A stretch of 64,000 nt of DNA, taken from assembly GCF_006345805.1 (NCBI RefSeq), contig NC_043014.1:39308001-39372000 (forward strand). The letters run 5' to 3'. The notes beneath the pieces were generated by a model that did not search any database, had not been told where the DNA came from, and worked only from the letters and a program-made list of their open reading frames with translations. This document shows, piece after piece, positions 12,101 through 24,298 of this stretch. The position numbers and the translations under genes were made by a program. Position 1 is the stretch's first letter; each line of letters opens with the position of its first letter. The DNA comes from Octopus sinensis. Its lineage: Eukaryota.

Positions 12101-12229
12101 TCACCTTTCTTCATGTTTGTTTTCAGTGGTCGCCGTTTAACCTCTCAGGGTCGTCGGGATTTGGACCGAATTGCTTCCCAGATAAAATACAACCACCTTA
12201 CCACTGGTAATGCTGCTCATACGAAATAG
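3156..12229 (+). CDS. RPS19: 40S ribosomal protein S19 (eS19), 6 coding exons, 157 aa
   Basis: join(3156-3173,4982-5049,6251-6351,6786-6854,11287-11401,12127-12229) = 474 nt, all GT-AG. Translation [157 protein letters not shown] is unmistakably eS19. Confidence 0.97.
4400..4813. mobile_element. Merlin-like MITE, left end truncated (RPS19 intron 1)
   Basis: Family body and right TIR GAAAAGATCC. Confidence 0.65.
4982..5049 (+). CDS. RPS19: RPS19 coding exon 2
   Basis: ttttatag acceptor, [22 protein letters not shown], donor AG|GTTTGT. Confidence 0.95.
6121..6190 (+). ncRNA. box C/D snoRNA, snR38/SNORD1-type (subtype A), RPS19 intron 2
   Basis: Box C ATGATGA 6130-6136, guide GTTATCCCTGT + D' CTGA 6154-6157, C' TGAGGA, D CTGA 6179-6182, terminal stem GTGAG.TCT/AGA.CTCAC; D box 68 nt from the 3' splice site. 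Guide is complementary to the conserved LSU rRNA ACAGGGAUAAC. Confidence 0.9.
6251..6351 (+). CDS. RPS19: RPS19 coding exon 3
   Basis: [33 protein letters not shown], canonical splice sites. Confidence 0.97.
6395..6580. mobile_element. piggyBac-like MITE in RPS19 intron 3
   Basis: CC(C)TTTAG...CTAAAGGG|TTAA ends; partial copies near 17880, 22600 and 30415. Confidence 0.6.
6607..6703 (+). ncRNA. box C/D snoRNA, U6 snRNA Am53 guide (mgU6-53/SNORD8-9 type), RPS19 intron 3
   Basis: Box C ATGATGA 6612-6618, D' CTGA 6638-6641 preceded by GGTCATGCTAATA (12 bp, one G-U, to U6 AUUAGCAUGGCC; +5 rule gives A53), D CTGA 6696-6699, stem TGTT/AACA, 86 nt from the 3' splice site. Confidence 0.85.
6786..6854 (+). 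CDS. RPS19: RPS19 coding exon 4
   Basis: [22 protein letters not shown], donor G|GTGAGT. Confidence 0.97.
7386..7749. mobile_element. Merlin-like MITE
   Basis: Perfect 8 bp TSD GGAAATGG (7378-7385 and 7750-7757). Confidence 0.75.
7972..8047 (+). ncRNA. box C/D snoRNA, snR38/SNORD1-type (subtype B), RPS19 intron 4
   Basis: C GTGATGA 7983-7989, guide GTTATCCCTGT, D' 8007-8010, C' TGAGGA, D 8035-8038, terminal stem AGTGGG.TTC/GA.ATCTCACT. Confidence 0.85.
8532..9481 (-). mobile_element. 5'-truncated CR1/L2-type LINE in RPS19 intron 4
   Basis: [16 protein letters not shown]...FADNVK (RT domain, stop and D>N), ORF 8603-9295 ending [10 protein letters not shown]...WPELFT; candidate 9 bp TSD TTAGTAGTT at 8523-8531 and 9482-9490. 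Confidence 0.9.
9505..9580 (+). ncRNA. box C/D snoRNA, snR38/SNORD1-type (subtype B duplicate), RPS19 intron 4
   Basis: Matches 7972-8047; C 9516-9522, D' 9540-9543, D 9568-9571. Confidence 0.8.
11051..11120 (+). ncRNA. box C/D snoRNA, snR38/SNORD1-type (subtype A), RPS19 intron 4
   Basis: One substitution from 6121-6190; C 11060-11066, D' 11084-11087, D 11109-11112. Confidence 0.88.
11287..11401 (+). CDS. RPS19: RPS19 coding exon 5
   Basis: [37 protein letters not shown], donor GG|GTATGT. Confidence 0.97.
12127..12229 (+). CDS. RPS19: RPS19 coding exon 6 with stop
   Basis: [18 protein letters not shown]...TK*; ATTAAA at 12253-12258 is a candidate polyA signal. Confidence 0.95.
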
Positions 12230-12607
12230 AGAGTATAAATGTGAAAAAAATTATTAAAAAACAATTGAATTTATCATTCGTCTTATTGTTATTCTTGCAT
12301 GTTTAGCACAAAATATGAAGAAAAAGGTTAGATTGCAGGGGGAATGTATTTTTCATTTTCTTTAGGTTTTAGTTATAGGTCAAACTACAGAGCAACATAG
12401 TAAATTATATGTAAACCAACGTCTGCATCACTACCAATACCATAGAAACTAATGGCCAGTTTATATGCTCACCAAATTGGTATTGCAGAAACAAATTCTT
12501 GGCCACTATCTAGTCAATGTTTTAAATGACAAGTTGTTTTGCAGTTTTGGGCAGTAACTAGTTAACCGTAGGGTATAGTAGATGCTAAAGTTACTGTAGT
12601 AACTTTA

Positions 12608-12958
12608 GGCGCAGGAGTGGCTGTGTGGTAAGTAGCTTGCTTATGAACCATATAGTTCCGGGTTCAGTCCCACTGTGTGGCACCTTGGGCAAGTGTCTTC
12701 TATAGCCTTGGGCTGACCAAAAGCCTTGTGAGTGGATTTGGTAGATGGAAACTGAAACAAGCTCGTGTCCCCCCAACATTGCTTGACAACCAATGCTGGT
12801 GGGTTTACATCCCCATAACTTAGTGATTCGGCAAAAAGAGACCGATAGAATAAGTACTAGGCTTACAAAGAATAAGTCCTGGGGTCAATTTGCTTGACTA
12901 AAGGCAGTGCTCAAGCATGGCCGCAGCCAAATGACCGAGGCAAGTAAACGGGTAAAGG
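12608..12958 (+). mobile_element. SINE family A
   Basis: Family consensus match. Confidence 0.85.
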
Positions 12959-13682
12959 GTAGTGTTCCAAACCTGAAACCAGTCATATTTGCATCAGGAC
13001 TTGGAAATGATGGGGGCCAAAATGGCTGAAGATCTTAGTTAGGTGTGCATATATTTAAAATATGTACAAATGTGTCCACTATGAATTTTTTCCTTGCACT
13101 ATCTACGGAATTGTTGGGACACCTTCAAAATGAATAAATGAAAATATGCTGGTATAACATTTTTCAACAACAGTTCTGGGTTCAAACCCATTTGTGACAC
13201 CTTACCTCAGTGTCTTCTGCAGTCTTTGTTATTGGAATGGTGCAAAGGCTTTCCATGTTTAAGTGCTCATGTTTATTTTTGTGTCTTGTAACTAAGTGGT
13301 TTAATAGAAATAACGCCAAGGCAAAAATAAGTACTGCATCAGGTGATGTGATTTATCTCCCTTGCATTTGTGAATCTACGTATTGCTATGTGGAAGTTCA
13401 GTGTCATTTCTTTCCAATCTTCCACGCAAACATCCAGCCATGTTTGGAAATGGGCAAGAGTTGGCAATGAGAAAATTTGCTGGAGCACCATCTGAAAGGG
13501 TTTTTAGTCAAAGAAATTGATCCTGGGACTTATTCTTTGTAAGCCTAGTACTTATTCTATCAGTTGCTTTTGCGGAACTGCTAAATTACAGGGATGTAAA
13601 CACACCAACATCAGTTGTCAAGCAATGGTGGGGAGCAAACACAAGACATAAATATATACATATGAGAAGTTTGTCAATTGCA

Positions 13683-16012
13683 AGACAGATAACCTTGATA
13701 TCAAAGGAGAGAAATGTGTCCGCGTGAATGATGGTGCCCTTGTGTTTAATGATTCTGCAAAGAAAGAAGCTTGGAGATGCCATTATGAAAGACTGCTGAA
13801 TGTGGAGAATGAATAGCAGGAGGAGAATCTACCAAAGGTCAACCCAATTGAGGGACCAGCTATGTGAATCAACAGTACTTTGGTAGAGTAAGCAATTAAG
13901 GATATGAAGACATGGAAAGCACCTGGCCCATCAGGAATCACTGCTGAGATACTTGTCACCTGCATTGTAAATCGGATACTTCATGAGTCATACCCAATGA
14001 CTGGTATAGCAGCACCATAATCAACTGCTACAAGGGTAAAGGTGATGCTTTAGATCAAAATAACTACAGGGATATCAAATTATTGGATCAGGTGATGAAA
14101 GTTACAGAGAGTCATAGCCCAACTAATCAGGGAGAGAGTTAGCCTAGATGAGATGCAGTTTGGGTTTGTGCCAGGCAGAAGCACCACTGATGCTATATTT
14201 CTAGTAAGGCAACTGCAGGAGAAATATCTAGGAAAAGATAAACCTCTACTTGGCTTTTGTTGACTTGGATCCTCTGATCCCGTCTTTGGAATAGATGAGT
14301 GGTTGGTTAGAGCTGTACAAGCCCTGTGTGGAGATGCTGTCAGTAAGGTGAAGGTTGGCAACGAGTATAGTGAAGAATTCCAGGTAGAGGTGGGGGGGGG
14401 GGGTCACCGAAGATCAGTCCTCAGCCCCTCTTATTCATTATAGTCCTCCAGCAATAAGTGAGGAATTCTAGACTGGGTGCTCCTCTATGCTGATGACCTT
14501 GTTCTAATAGCCGAGTTTCTGCCAGAACTAGATATGAAGTTTAGAACATCGAAGCAAAGTCTAGAATCGAAGGGCCTTGGGGTTAATCCAGCAAAAACCA
14601 AAGTCTTAGTAAGTAGGAAGGCTGTCAAATCACAATCCCCTTCAGGTAGATAGCCCTGTTTGATCTATAGAAAAGGTGTGGGTAGAAACTCCATATGATA
14701 TACCTGGTGTAATGGACACATAAAAGGTGCAGCAATATTAAAGGAAGGTTAACTGAGAAGGTAGTTTTGGTGTGGCAGATGCACAGGGGCAATAGATGCA
14801 CAGAAAACAGATTCCATCACATACCTTCTGCTACCTAGGTGACCAAGTCTGTAATAAGGGTGGTTGCTATGAGAGTGTTGTGGCTAGAATAAGAATAGCC
14901 TGGGCAAAGTTCAGGGAGCTCCCATCTCTGCAAGCAACTAAGGGCCTCTCGCTCAGGATGGGAGGTAGACTGTATGATGCATATGTATGAACTGTCATAC
15001 TACATGACAGTGAAACATGAGCCACGATTGCTGGGGACATGCATAAGCTTGAAAGACATGAAGTTAGTATGATCCACTGGATGTGTAATGTCAGTGTGCA
15101 TATATGACAGAGTGTAAGCACCTTGAGAGAAAAGTTGGGCATAAGAAGCATCAAATGTGGTGTGCAAGAGAGACAACTGCACTGGTATGGCCATGTGTTA
15201 CATATGGATGAGGACAAGTGTGTGAGAAAGTACCACCCCTTACTGTGGAAAAGGTAGACCCAGGAAGACATGGGATGAGGTGGTGAAGCATGACCTTCAA
15301 ACATTGGGCCTCACAGAAGCAATGACAGGAGACCAAGACCTTTGGAGATATGCTGTGATTGAGAAGACCTGGCAACTAAAGTCAGATTGCAGCCATGACC
15401 GATGCCAGTGTTGCATGTAATCCTGAGGCATCGGGCGATATGATATGCTTGAGAAGACCTGTTGAGTCAAGTAAAGCCAAAATTGTAGCTATGGCCAGTG
15501 CCCTCTGACTGGCTCCTGGTCTCGTGGTATGTAAAAAGCACCATCCAGACGTGGCCAATGCCAGTATCTTCTGACTGGCTCCTGCACTATCTGAATGTGA
15601 TCGATGCCAGGACCGCCTGACTGGCCCCAGTGCCAGTGGAATGTAAAAAGAACCATCAAATGTGGCTGATGCCAGTACCCCCTGACTGGCTCCCATACCA
15701 CTGGCACATAAAATGTACCATCCAAAGGTGGCTCATACCAATACCTCCTGACTGGCTCCCATGCTGATGGCATTTAAAAAGCACTATCTGAACGTGATCA
15801 ATGCCAGGACCGCCTGGCTGGCTCCTGTGCCAGTGGAACGTAAAAAGCACTCACTACACTCTCAGAGTGGTTGGCATTAGGAAAGGCATCCAGCTGTAGA
15901 AACATTGCCAGACCAGACTGGAGCCTGGTGCAGCTGCTGGCTGTCCAGACCTCAGTCAAACTGTCCAACCTATGCCAGCATGGAAAATGGACATTAAACA
16001 ATGATGATGATG
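13683..16012 (+). mobile_element. decayed RTE-clade LINE (RT region, 3' UTR tandem repeats, (GAT)n tail)
   Basis: FGFVPGRSTTDAIF, LYADDL and WYGHVLHMDED motifs across many stops and frameshifts. Confidence 0.85.
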
Positions 16013-16510
16013 AAAGGAAAAAAAATGTATACTGAATGTAAAAGCGAATGGGAGACAAACACTAGGTCCGTAATTCTTCATCAGTTATTGGCCAATAGGT
16101 AATATTCAGTAAATGCACCTTTAATGAGTTATATGAAAGCCATAGATGAAGGTAGAGAGAGAAGGAGAAGTCAATGAGAAGTGGTGTCAGTGGTATTGAA
16201 TATGTACGATGAGGTGGAGGAGAAAGCAAAGAGCAAAGAAGTAATAGTCTGTAACATAGATCCATGGCAGTTTAAGCAGAATGTTGGTAGAGAGGACCAG
16301 GTCTAGAGAGGTTGGAGATAAATAAAACTGCAATGCATTGGCAAGATGTGGACGAAAGGTCATATATAAAATAGCACAGAGGTACCTGAAAGCTAGGTAG
16401 GGGGGAGGGACGTGAAGAAAGAGGAGAGGGTGTTTAGGTTCATAAAAGTGGGTTGCTTGGCAATGTAAAGAATTAAGAGGTATGCAACTGGTCAGAATTA
16501 TGGACAGAGA

Positions 16511-17640
16511 TATGAGGTAGTATCAAAAAGTTTCCAGACTAGTTATTTATATATATAAAGTTGAAGTTGTCAGTGTGTAGCAGGTTTAGTAGCCTTCAAC
16601 TAATACTCTCTCCTCTGAGACCCTGCAGTGCAAGTTGACCAAAATTGAGAGTATGTTAAGACCAAAAATTATTTACATCAAAAAGGTGCTTTTTTCTATG
16701 AAAATCCCTATTTTTTGACTGCTTTTCGGTGTATTTCAACCAGAAAAATGTTCACTTAAAGAGAATAACAAGCTACATAATGCAAAACCTTTTAACTCTC
16801 GCTTTTTAAAAATTCCAATTCTAAAGGGTCAAAACAAACCCGAGCAACGCTGGGCGATACTGCTTATATTTAATAAGAAACAACTTATTTACCTAAGTTT
16901 TAATATCATCTTGTGCAACAATACATTGACCTCAGCATTCCTGCTACTTTTGGAATCCAGTCTGGAAGTTGTTTTCCATAAATGAATCAAGTATCTTCTG
17001 TGATACAATCTGGATCTGGACAACAGTGTGAAAACGGGACCTTTGAGCTGCATTTTCATCTTGGAGAATGGATGGAAGTCTGCAGGTGCTAAATCTAGCA
17101 AATAGGGTTGGTGTAGAAGAGATACCATGTAGTGTTTGGTAAAAAACTCATGAGAACTTAGTGATGGGTGTATTGTCTTCATGAAGAATCCAATTCTTTG
17201 TGCTTCACAGTTCTGGTTGCTTTTGCCAGATGCCCTCCTGCAAATACTTAAAAAAATCGCAGTACAACTCTCAATTGACAGTCTGGCCACAGGGAACGAA
17301 TTCTTGATGCACAATACCATATTTCCGGGGGTGATACTCATGGCAGGCCTTCCAGATCACTCATCATCTTCCAGGGATGTTTTTCCACTTTTCAAGCGGC
17401 TGTGCCACTCAAAACACTGTGTACGACCCATTGCCCCATTGCCATAAGCTTGCCAAGGCATGCTCAATGTCTCTGTGACAGATTTCCCAAGTTTAATGCA
17501 AAATTTCTCATTGGCTCTTTGTTCCAACTTCCTATCCATGACAAAATCACAGACTACAGCATACAGAGGATCACAAAACCACAAATTTCACAACTTGCAA
17601 GGTAAACACAGCGAAATTTCACCATGAGGAGAGTCTACTG
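16511..17640 (-). mobile_element. decayed mariner transposon
   Basis: MDRKLEQRANEKFCIKLGKS N-terminus and HQPYLLDLAPADFH (YSPDLAP-like) motif; TIR-like end at 16511. Confidence 0.8.
16545..16866 (+). mobile_element. non-autonomous Helitron nested in mariner
   Basis: TATATATAAAGTTGAAGTTGT 5' end; CCCGAGCAACGCTGGGCGATACTGCT 3' hairpin as in 31445-31841. Confidence 0.6.
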
Positions 17641-17950
17641 AGAAAACATATCCATAATATCTCTCCATTAATAGTTAAATACTATTTTGTTGAAAAAAAC
17701 CCAGTGAATTGATGACGGAGAACTTTCCCTGTGATGAACTTACCAGACATGCCAAAAAATATACAATCTCAAACCTATGAGATAATGAATGATTAAATAA
17801 AAAAACATTACATTTCACAAAGTAAACTGATTACTGAAGAGTTAAATAAGTATTGCATTTGACAGAACAATCTGAGTGCTAAAGGGTTAAACCTACTTAG
17901 GGTTTTTGGTTGTTTGGTTTATGGTGGGTTTTTTTCTATACATTATACCA

Positions 17951-18171
17951 TATGAGGGGCTGCTGAAAAGTTCCTGGCTTTAAGGGTATCGTGACAGGCC
18001 TAGTTGGAGGCCCAACCTTCCAAATTCCTTTACAGGGTTTAGAAAAACTTAAGGACTGCTGCAATAAGTGTGTGAATCTGAGAGGGGAATATGTTGAATA
18101 AAATCATAATTAACTGGTCCTCCTGTGTTATCTTTTATCCAAAGCCAAGAACTTCTCAGCAACCCTTTGTG
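17951..18171 (+). mobile_element. mariner-derived MITE
   Basis: ~30 bp imperfect TIR (GAGGGGCTGCTGAAAAGTTCCTGGCTTT); carries CNKCVNLRGEYVE* remnant. Confidence 0.75.
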
Positions 18172-19270
18172 CATAGATATAGCATGATTGTCTTTTATAA
18201 GGGTTTTAATTCTGGTAAGAGTAATGCATCATCATCATCATTTAACGTCTGCTTTCTATGCTGGCATGGGTTGGACGGTTTGACTGAGGACTGGTGAACC
18301 AGATGGCTGCACCAGGCTCCAATCTTGATCTGGCAGAGTTTCTACAGCTGGATGCCCTTCCTAACGCTAACCTCTCCAAGAGTGTAGTGGGTGCTTTTAA
18401 AGTGGCAGTGATCCCGCTTTGATGGAGCTGTTAGCGCTCCACTGGCATGGGTGCCAGTCATCGAATTTGGTTCCAAATTTACAAAGGCTTGTTGCATTCA
18501 CACACGCACATACACCCATGCATGCACACACACACACATACATGCATTTGATATTTAGATATCTTGATGAATCACATAAATTGGAAAACAAATGATTTTA
18601 CTTAGACATGAATTTAAAAAAACCCTCCTTTTTTTATGGTATTTTATTCTTTATTCATTCATTTAATTTATACAGCTATCAGCTTCAGCAAGGTTTTCTG
18701 CTGCTGGCACACCTGTAATCCCAACACATTCTTACAACCAAAATTAATTATAAATACACATTCCAAATGTTTATGTACTTGATTCAGTTACATGACAGGT
18801 GAAAATTTGTAATGGAGAAGTTTACTCAAAGTCCAACACACTCTTTAGCAATAATTATAAAAAAAAAGACCCCAGAAAAAACCCAACAACATATTAATAT
18901 CAGTGACAGAGTGATTGTGCGTGTTATGTCTTAGGTTTGATTTCACTCATAGCACCCGAGGCAAGTGTCTTCTATTGTTGTTTCTCTGTTTAACCAACAT
19001 CTTATGAGCAGAACTGGGTAGATAGAAACTGCAGAAGTTTGTATTTGTGTCTCTCTTTGTACTAATGTACTAATGTTGATCAGTTTAAAAAGCAATGTTG
19101 TATCAAAAAGATAATAAGTCACTCAAAACAAAACAAATATGAAACTGAAATTAGTACTGGTGTTGATATGATTGACTAAAACTCTTGGAGATAGTGTCTA
19201 TGCCCCAGCATGGCCACAGTCTAATGACTGAAACCAGTACAACAATAAACAACAACAACAATAATAATAA

Positions 19271-20057
19271 TATTCCCCAGCCACTTCACCTCCCCAACTT
19301 TCAGTTATGGCTGCAGAGGAGTGACTTGAAGATAGAAATAGATGCACTCAAGAGTGCAGCACAAGAACAAGCATTGAGGACAAATCATATGTAGTGCAGA
19401 ATTGACAAAACAACTGAGAGTGACAAATGCAGAATGTGTGGTGAAAGGAGTGAAAGAGTATGGCACATTGTTAGTGAATGACTGAAATTGGTACAGCATG
19501 AATACAAAAGATAACATGATAATGTAACAAGAATGATCCATAAGGAGCTTTGTGAAAGCTCCAGGAGTTACTGAAAATGAGGATTGCAAAATCTTATGGG
19601 ATGCAATGATTCAGTGTGACCATCAGATTGGACACCGAAAACCTGAAATTGTTGTGAACAGAAAAGAAAAAAAATATGACTGATAATCGACATAGCATGT
19701 CCTGATGACAGCAGGATTGAAGAGAAAGAGAAAAAGTGAACAACTATGATGAATTGAGGTGGGAAATACGCAGGTTGTGGGCAATGAAGAAAAGGGATGT
19801 GATACCATTTGTGATTAGTACACATGAAGGTATCAGCATTCAATGACCAACCTGACTCAGAAAGATTGGAATGAATGTAAACATAGAACACCTACAAAAA
19901 CTAATCATTGCTTGGAACTGCAAGAGTCCTCCACTGGGTTTTTGAAGCACGATCAGTAAACAAGTGTCACCTTAGTCTGCTGGCTGTGGACAGCTGACAC
20001 TTTCCATCATGCCTAGCAAAATTAAGTTGAGATTTTTTATGATATAACAACAATAAT
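19271..20057 (+). mobile_element. decayed REL-endonuclease non-LTR element (R4/Dong-like) 3' part
   Basis: AAQEQALRTNH, CRMCGE...HIVSE zinc knuckle, HRKPEIVV...IIDIACPDDSRIEEKE; flanked by (AAC/AAT)n. Confidence 0.7.
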
Positions 20058-20365
20058 TTCTGTTGTGTCTGGGGAGAGTCATTTTCTTTTTTGCCTTATA
20101 ATGTAACACAATCGCTGGTAAAATTTCCACTTATTTCTTATTTTTATTTTCCTAAAATTTTCGTTGCGTCTTGCAACCTTTTCAATAGTCACTTATTTCT
20201 TATTTTTATTTTCGTAAAATTTTCCATAGTCAAGATAATTGAAAAGGTTGCAAGACAACGAAAATTTTAGGAAAATAAAAATAAGAAATAAGTGGAAATT
20301 TTACCAGTGAGTGTGTTACATTATAAGGCACAAAAAGAAAATAACTTTCCCCAGACACAACAGAA
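20058..20365. repeat. fold-back/MITE-like inverted repeat (~128 bp arms, 51 bp spacer)
   Basis: 20058-20186 vs 20238-20365; spacer repeats part of the arm. Confidence 0.8.
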
Positions 20366-20787
20366 TATGCTTCAACATACAAACTCATATAAAGAATCTT
20401 GCAAACCAAATCCAAAAACGGAAAACAATAGTTTCACTAAATATGAACCATGCTTGACAATGTTAATATGTTTGTTTATGTAACTATGCTCACAACAGAT
20501 ATGAAAATGGATGGAACAATTAATGGTTATGAATGTAGATATTCTTCCTTGATGTTTCAAATGCTTTAAATCAATTCTAGTAGCTTTGCAGGTTGGTTTT
20601 CTGAAATTACAGGTTGTATGGAATTAAATACGTACCATGCTAACTTCGTTTTATTATTTAAATTAAAAAAGATGTATTTAAAAAAAAAAAAAATAAGCGT
20701 GAGAACAAAACAACAATTGGTTTACAAAACAATTACAACACTGTGCCTTTATATGGTCATATAAAGTAGGTCACTGCCGGGGGAAAA

Positions 20788-20987
20788 TTATTGCGTATTC
20801 AATGAATTATTAATCATTGGTTGCAGTTCCTTGACTTCCACAATTGTTTTGGATTTTAAAGCTTCTCGTCTTCTCTCCCATTTTGAAACCCTTTCCAAGG
20901 GAACACAAAGAATTCCAGAAACGGCTAATGCAGCTCCACCCATATAAAAGGCTGCATCAAAATTTCCTGTCATATCTGATAACCAAC
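20788..20987 (-). CDS. MCT coding exon 6 with stop
   Basis: [18 protein letters not shown]...NSLNTQ*; AATAAA on - strand at 20650-20655. Confidence 0.93.
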
Positions 20988-22827
20988 CTATAACCGCAAA
21001 AAAAAGAAAAAGAAAAACAGTTGTTAAGCTATTAAGGTCAATAAAAACAGTAACAGCATTCATACATCATTCTCTCATACTTGTTTCAGTCATTTGACTG
21101 TGGCCATGCTGGAGCACCGCCTTTAGTCAAGCAAATCGACCCCAGGATATATTCTTTGTAAGCCTAGTACTTATTTTATCCGTCTTTTTTTTTTGCCGAA
21201 CCGCTAAGTTACGGGAACATAAACACACCAGCATCAGTTGTCAAGCGATGTTGGGGAGACAAATACAAACACACAAACATATACACACACATACATATAC
21301 ATATCATCATCATTTAATGTCTGTTTTCCATGCTAGCATGGGTTGGAACAGTTCAACCGGGGTCTGGTAAGCCATGGAGGTTGCACCAAGCTCTAGTCTG
21401 ATTTGGCAGTGTTTCTACAGCTAGATGCCCTTCCTAATGCCAACCACTCCGTGAGTGTAGTGGGTGTTTTTTACGTGCCACTGGCACAAGGACCAGGGCA
21501 GGCTGGCAAACGCCCACAATCGGATGCCAGTAATGGTGGCACTGGCATCTGCCACGTTCAGACAGTGCTTTTTACATGTCACCGGCACGGGTGTCTTAAC
21601 TACAATTTCCATTTGATATATACGACGGGCTTCTTTCAGTTTCCGTCTACCAAATCCAATCACAAGGCTTTGGTTGGCCCAAGGCTATAGTAGAAGACAC
21701 TTGCCGAAGGTGCCACGCATTGGGACTGAACCCAGAACCATGTGGTTGGTAAGTAAGCTACTTAACACACAGCCACTCCCATGCCTCCATGCTTGCATCG
21801 GTCTGATAGAATTCCTTGAGGCAGATTTTCAGTGGTAGTCGATTAGATCAACCCCAGTATGCAACTGGTACTTAATTTATCGACTATGAAAGGATGAGAG
21901 GTTAAAGTTGACCCAAGCGGAATTTGAACCAAGAACGTAAAGACATGAAATATCGCTAAGCATTTTGCCTGGTGTGCTAACAATTCTGCTAGCTCACTGC
22001 TTTATCTGGCCCAGATATATTACCTGTTTTATGCTCAGACCGGCCAGATTTGGCCTCATATATCTACTCTACAATACCATACTAAAAATATACAATCACA
22101 TCATCAAAATTTCAAAACTTTGAGATAATCATCATCATCATCATCATCATTATCATTTAGCATCCGCTTTCCATGCTAGCATGGGTTGGATGGTTCAACT
22201 GGGGTCTGTGAAGCCAGAAGGCTGCATCAGGCCCAGTCTGATCTGACAGTGTTTCTACGGCTGGATGCCCTTCCTAACGCCAACCACTCCGTGAGTGTAG
22301 TGGGTGCTTTTTATGTGCTACCCGCACAGGTGCCAGACGGAGCTGGCAAACGGCCGCGGACGGATGGTGCTTTTTACGTGCCACCGGCACAGGAGCCAGG
22401 CGAGGCTGGCAACGGCCACGAACGGATGGAGCTTTTTACGTGCCACCGGCACGAGGCCAGTCTGGGCGGCGCTGGCAACGGCCACGAACGGATGGTGCTT
22501 TTTATGTGCTACCGGCCCGAGGCCTGTGACATGTATAATTAATTCAAAACAATGTGAATAAATAAGCATCACATTTGACAGAATAATCTGAGTACTAAAG
22601 GGTTAAGTTTTACTCTCACTTTTACTTGTTTCAGTTATTTGACTGCAGCCATGCTGGAGCACCACCTTTAATCGAGCAACTCGACCCCGGGACTTATTCT
22701 TTTGTAAGCCCAGTACTTATTCTATCGGTCTCTTTTGCCGAACCGCTAAGTAACGGGGACATAAACACACCAGCATCAGTTGTCAAGCAATGCTAGGGGA
22801 ACAAACACAGACACACAAACACACACA

Positions 22828-22881
<54 letters not shown>

Positions 22882-24158
22882 ATATATACATATATACGAC
22901 GGGCTTCTTTCAGTTTCCGTCTACCAATCCACTCACAAGGCTTTGGTCGGCCCAAGGCTATAGTAGAAGACATTTGCCCAAGGTGCCACGCAGTGGGACT
23001 GAACCTGGAACCATGTGGTTGGTAAACAAGCTACTTACCACACAGCCACTCCTGCGCCTTTTTGCTAACCTTTATAGAATAAACAGTTGCTTACCTGCTA
23101 TAGGGCTTCCAAAAAATGATGATATACCTTGAGCCATTATAATTAAGCCAAATGCAAGTGTTAAATTTTCAACACCCAAAAGTTCAACCATTATTATCGA
23201 ACGAAGAGAAATAAAAGCAGCTGAAAGAAAAGATAAAAAAAGGTTAAATAAAGTGAAAAAATTTAAAAGAGGATTAGAGATATCTGAGACTATTTTTTGC
23301 AGGCATGACTGTGAGTTTAAGAAGCTCTCTTTGCAACCATGTGGTTTCCAGCACCACATGCAAGCATCTTCTATTATAATCCTAAGCCAACCGATGGCTT
23401 AAGAATGAATTTGGCAGATGGAAAGTTTGTGGGATGCAGTCTATTTGTTTTGAATTAAAAAAAAATAATAATCAATTATTATTTTTAAAAATTGTTGTTG
23501 ATCAATATTTCTCCCTTTTCTGTTTACTTTCAATTTGATTCCTGATAAATTCATGTTTATCTTTGTCAATGCCTGTAACCTATGAGAATAATATGCTTGC
23601 ATATGTATATCCAGGGTTAACATAGGTAATTATACCAGTAGTATAACAGATACTTTTATCCCTTGGATGGTTATTCCAACCTCTAACTCTACTAACCTAT
23701 ATATACATACATATGTATATATATATATATATATAAATAGATGAGTGTATTTTTCCCTTGTTAACAATTAACACAGAATATCCCTTTGTTCTGAAACATA
23801 CATTCAGTTTTTCCCATAAACATAAATAGGATCTCCAAGAGAATGTCTGCACTCTATTTTTCCTTCACTTCCACTCACTAAATAGCTTTACTTTCTTGCA
23901 AGCAGCTTTTCTTAACAGACACACATCTAAGGGCATGTGAACTTCATTTCTATTGTACCACTGAAAAAAATCCATCATTTTCTGTTAAAATGTCTTATTG
24001 ATGAGTTTCGGTTTTTCACTTCCCTGAAGAGAAGATTGCATTGTTTTATACCATTTATTCTTTTGAAAAATATCAGTGAAATCTTTGAAACGTGTTGAAG
24101 TAAAATTATTTGATTTATACCTGCGTTAAACTCCATCTATTATATATATGTATGTATG

Positions 24159-24194
<36 letters not shown>

Positions 24195-24232
24195 TATATC
24201 TATACATATATATCATATATATATATATATAT

Positions 24233-24298
<66 letters not shown>

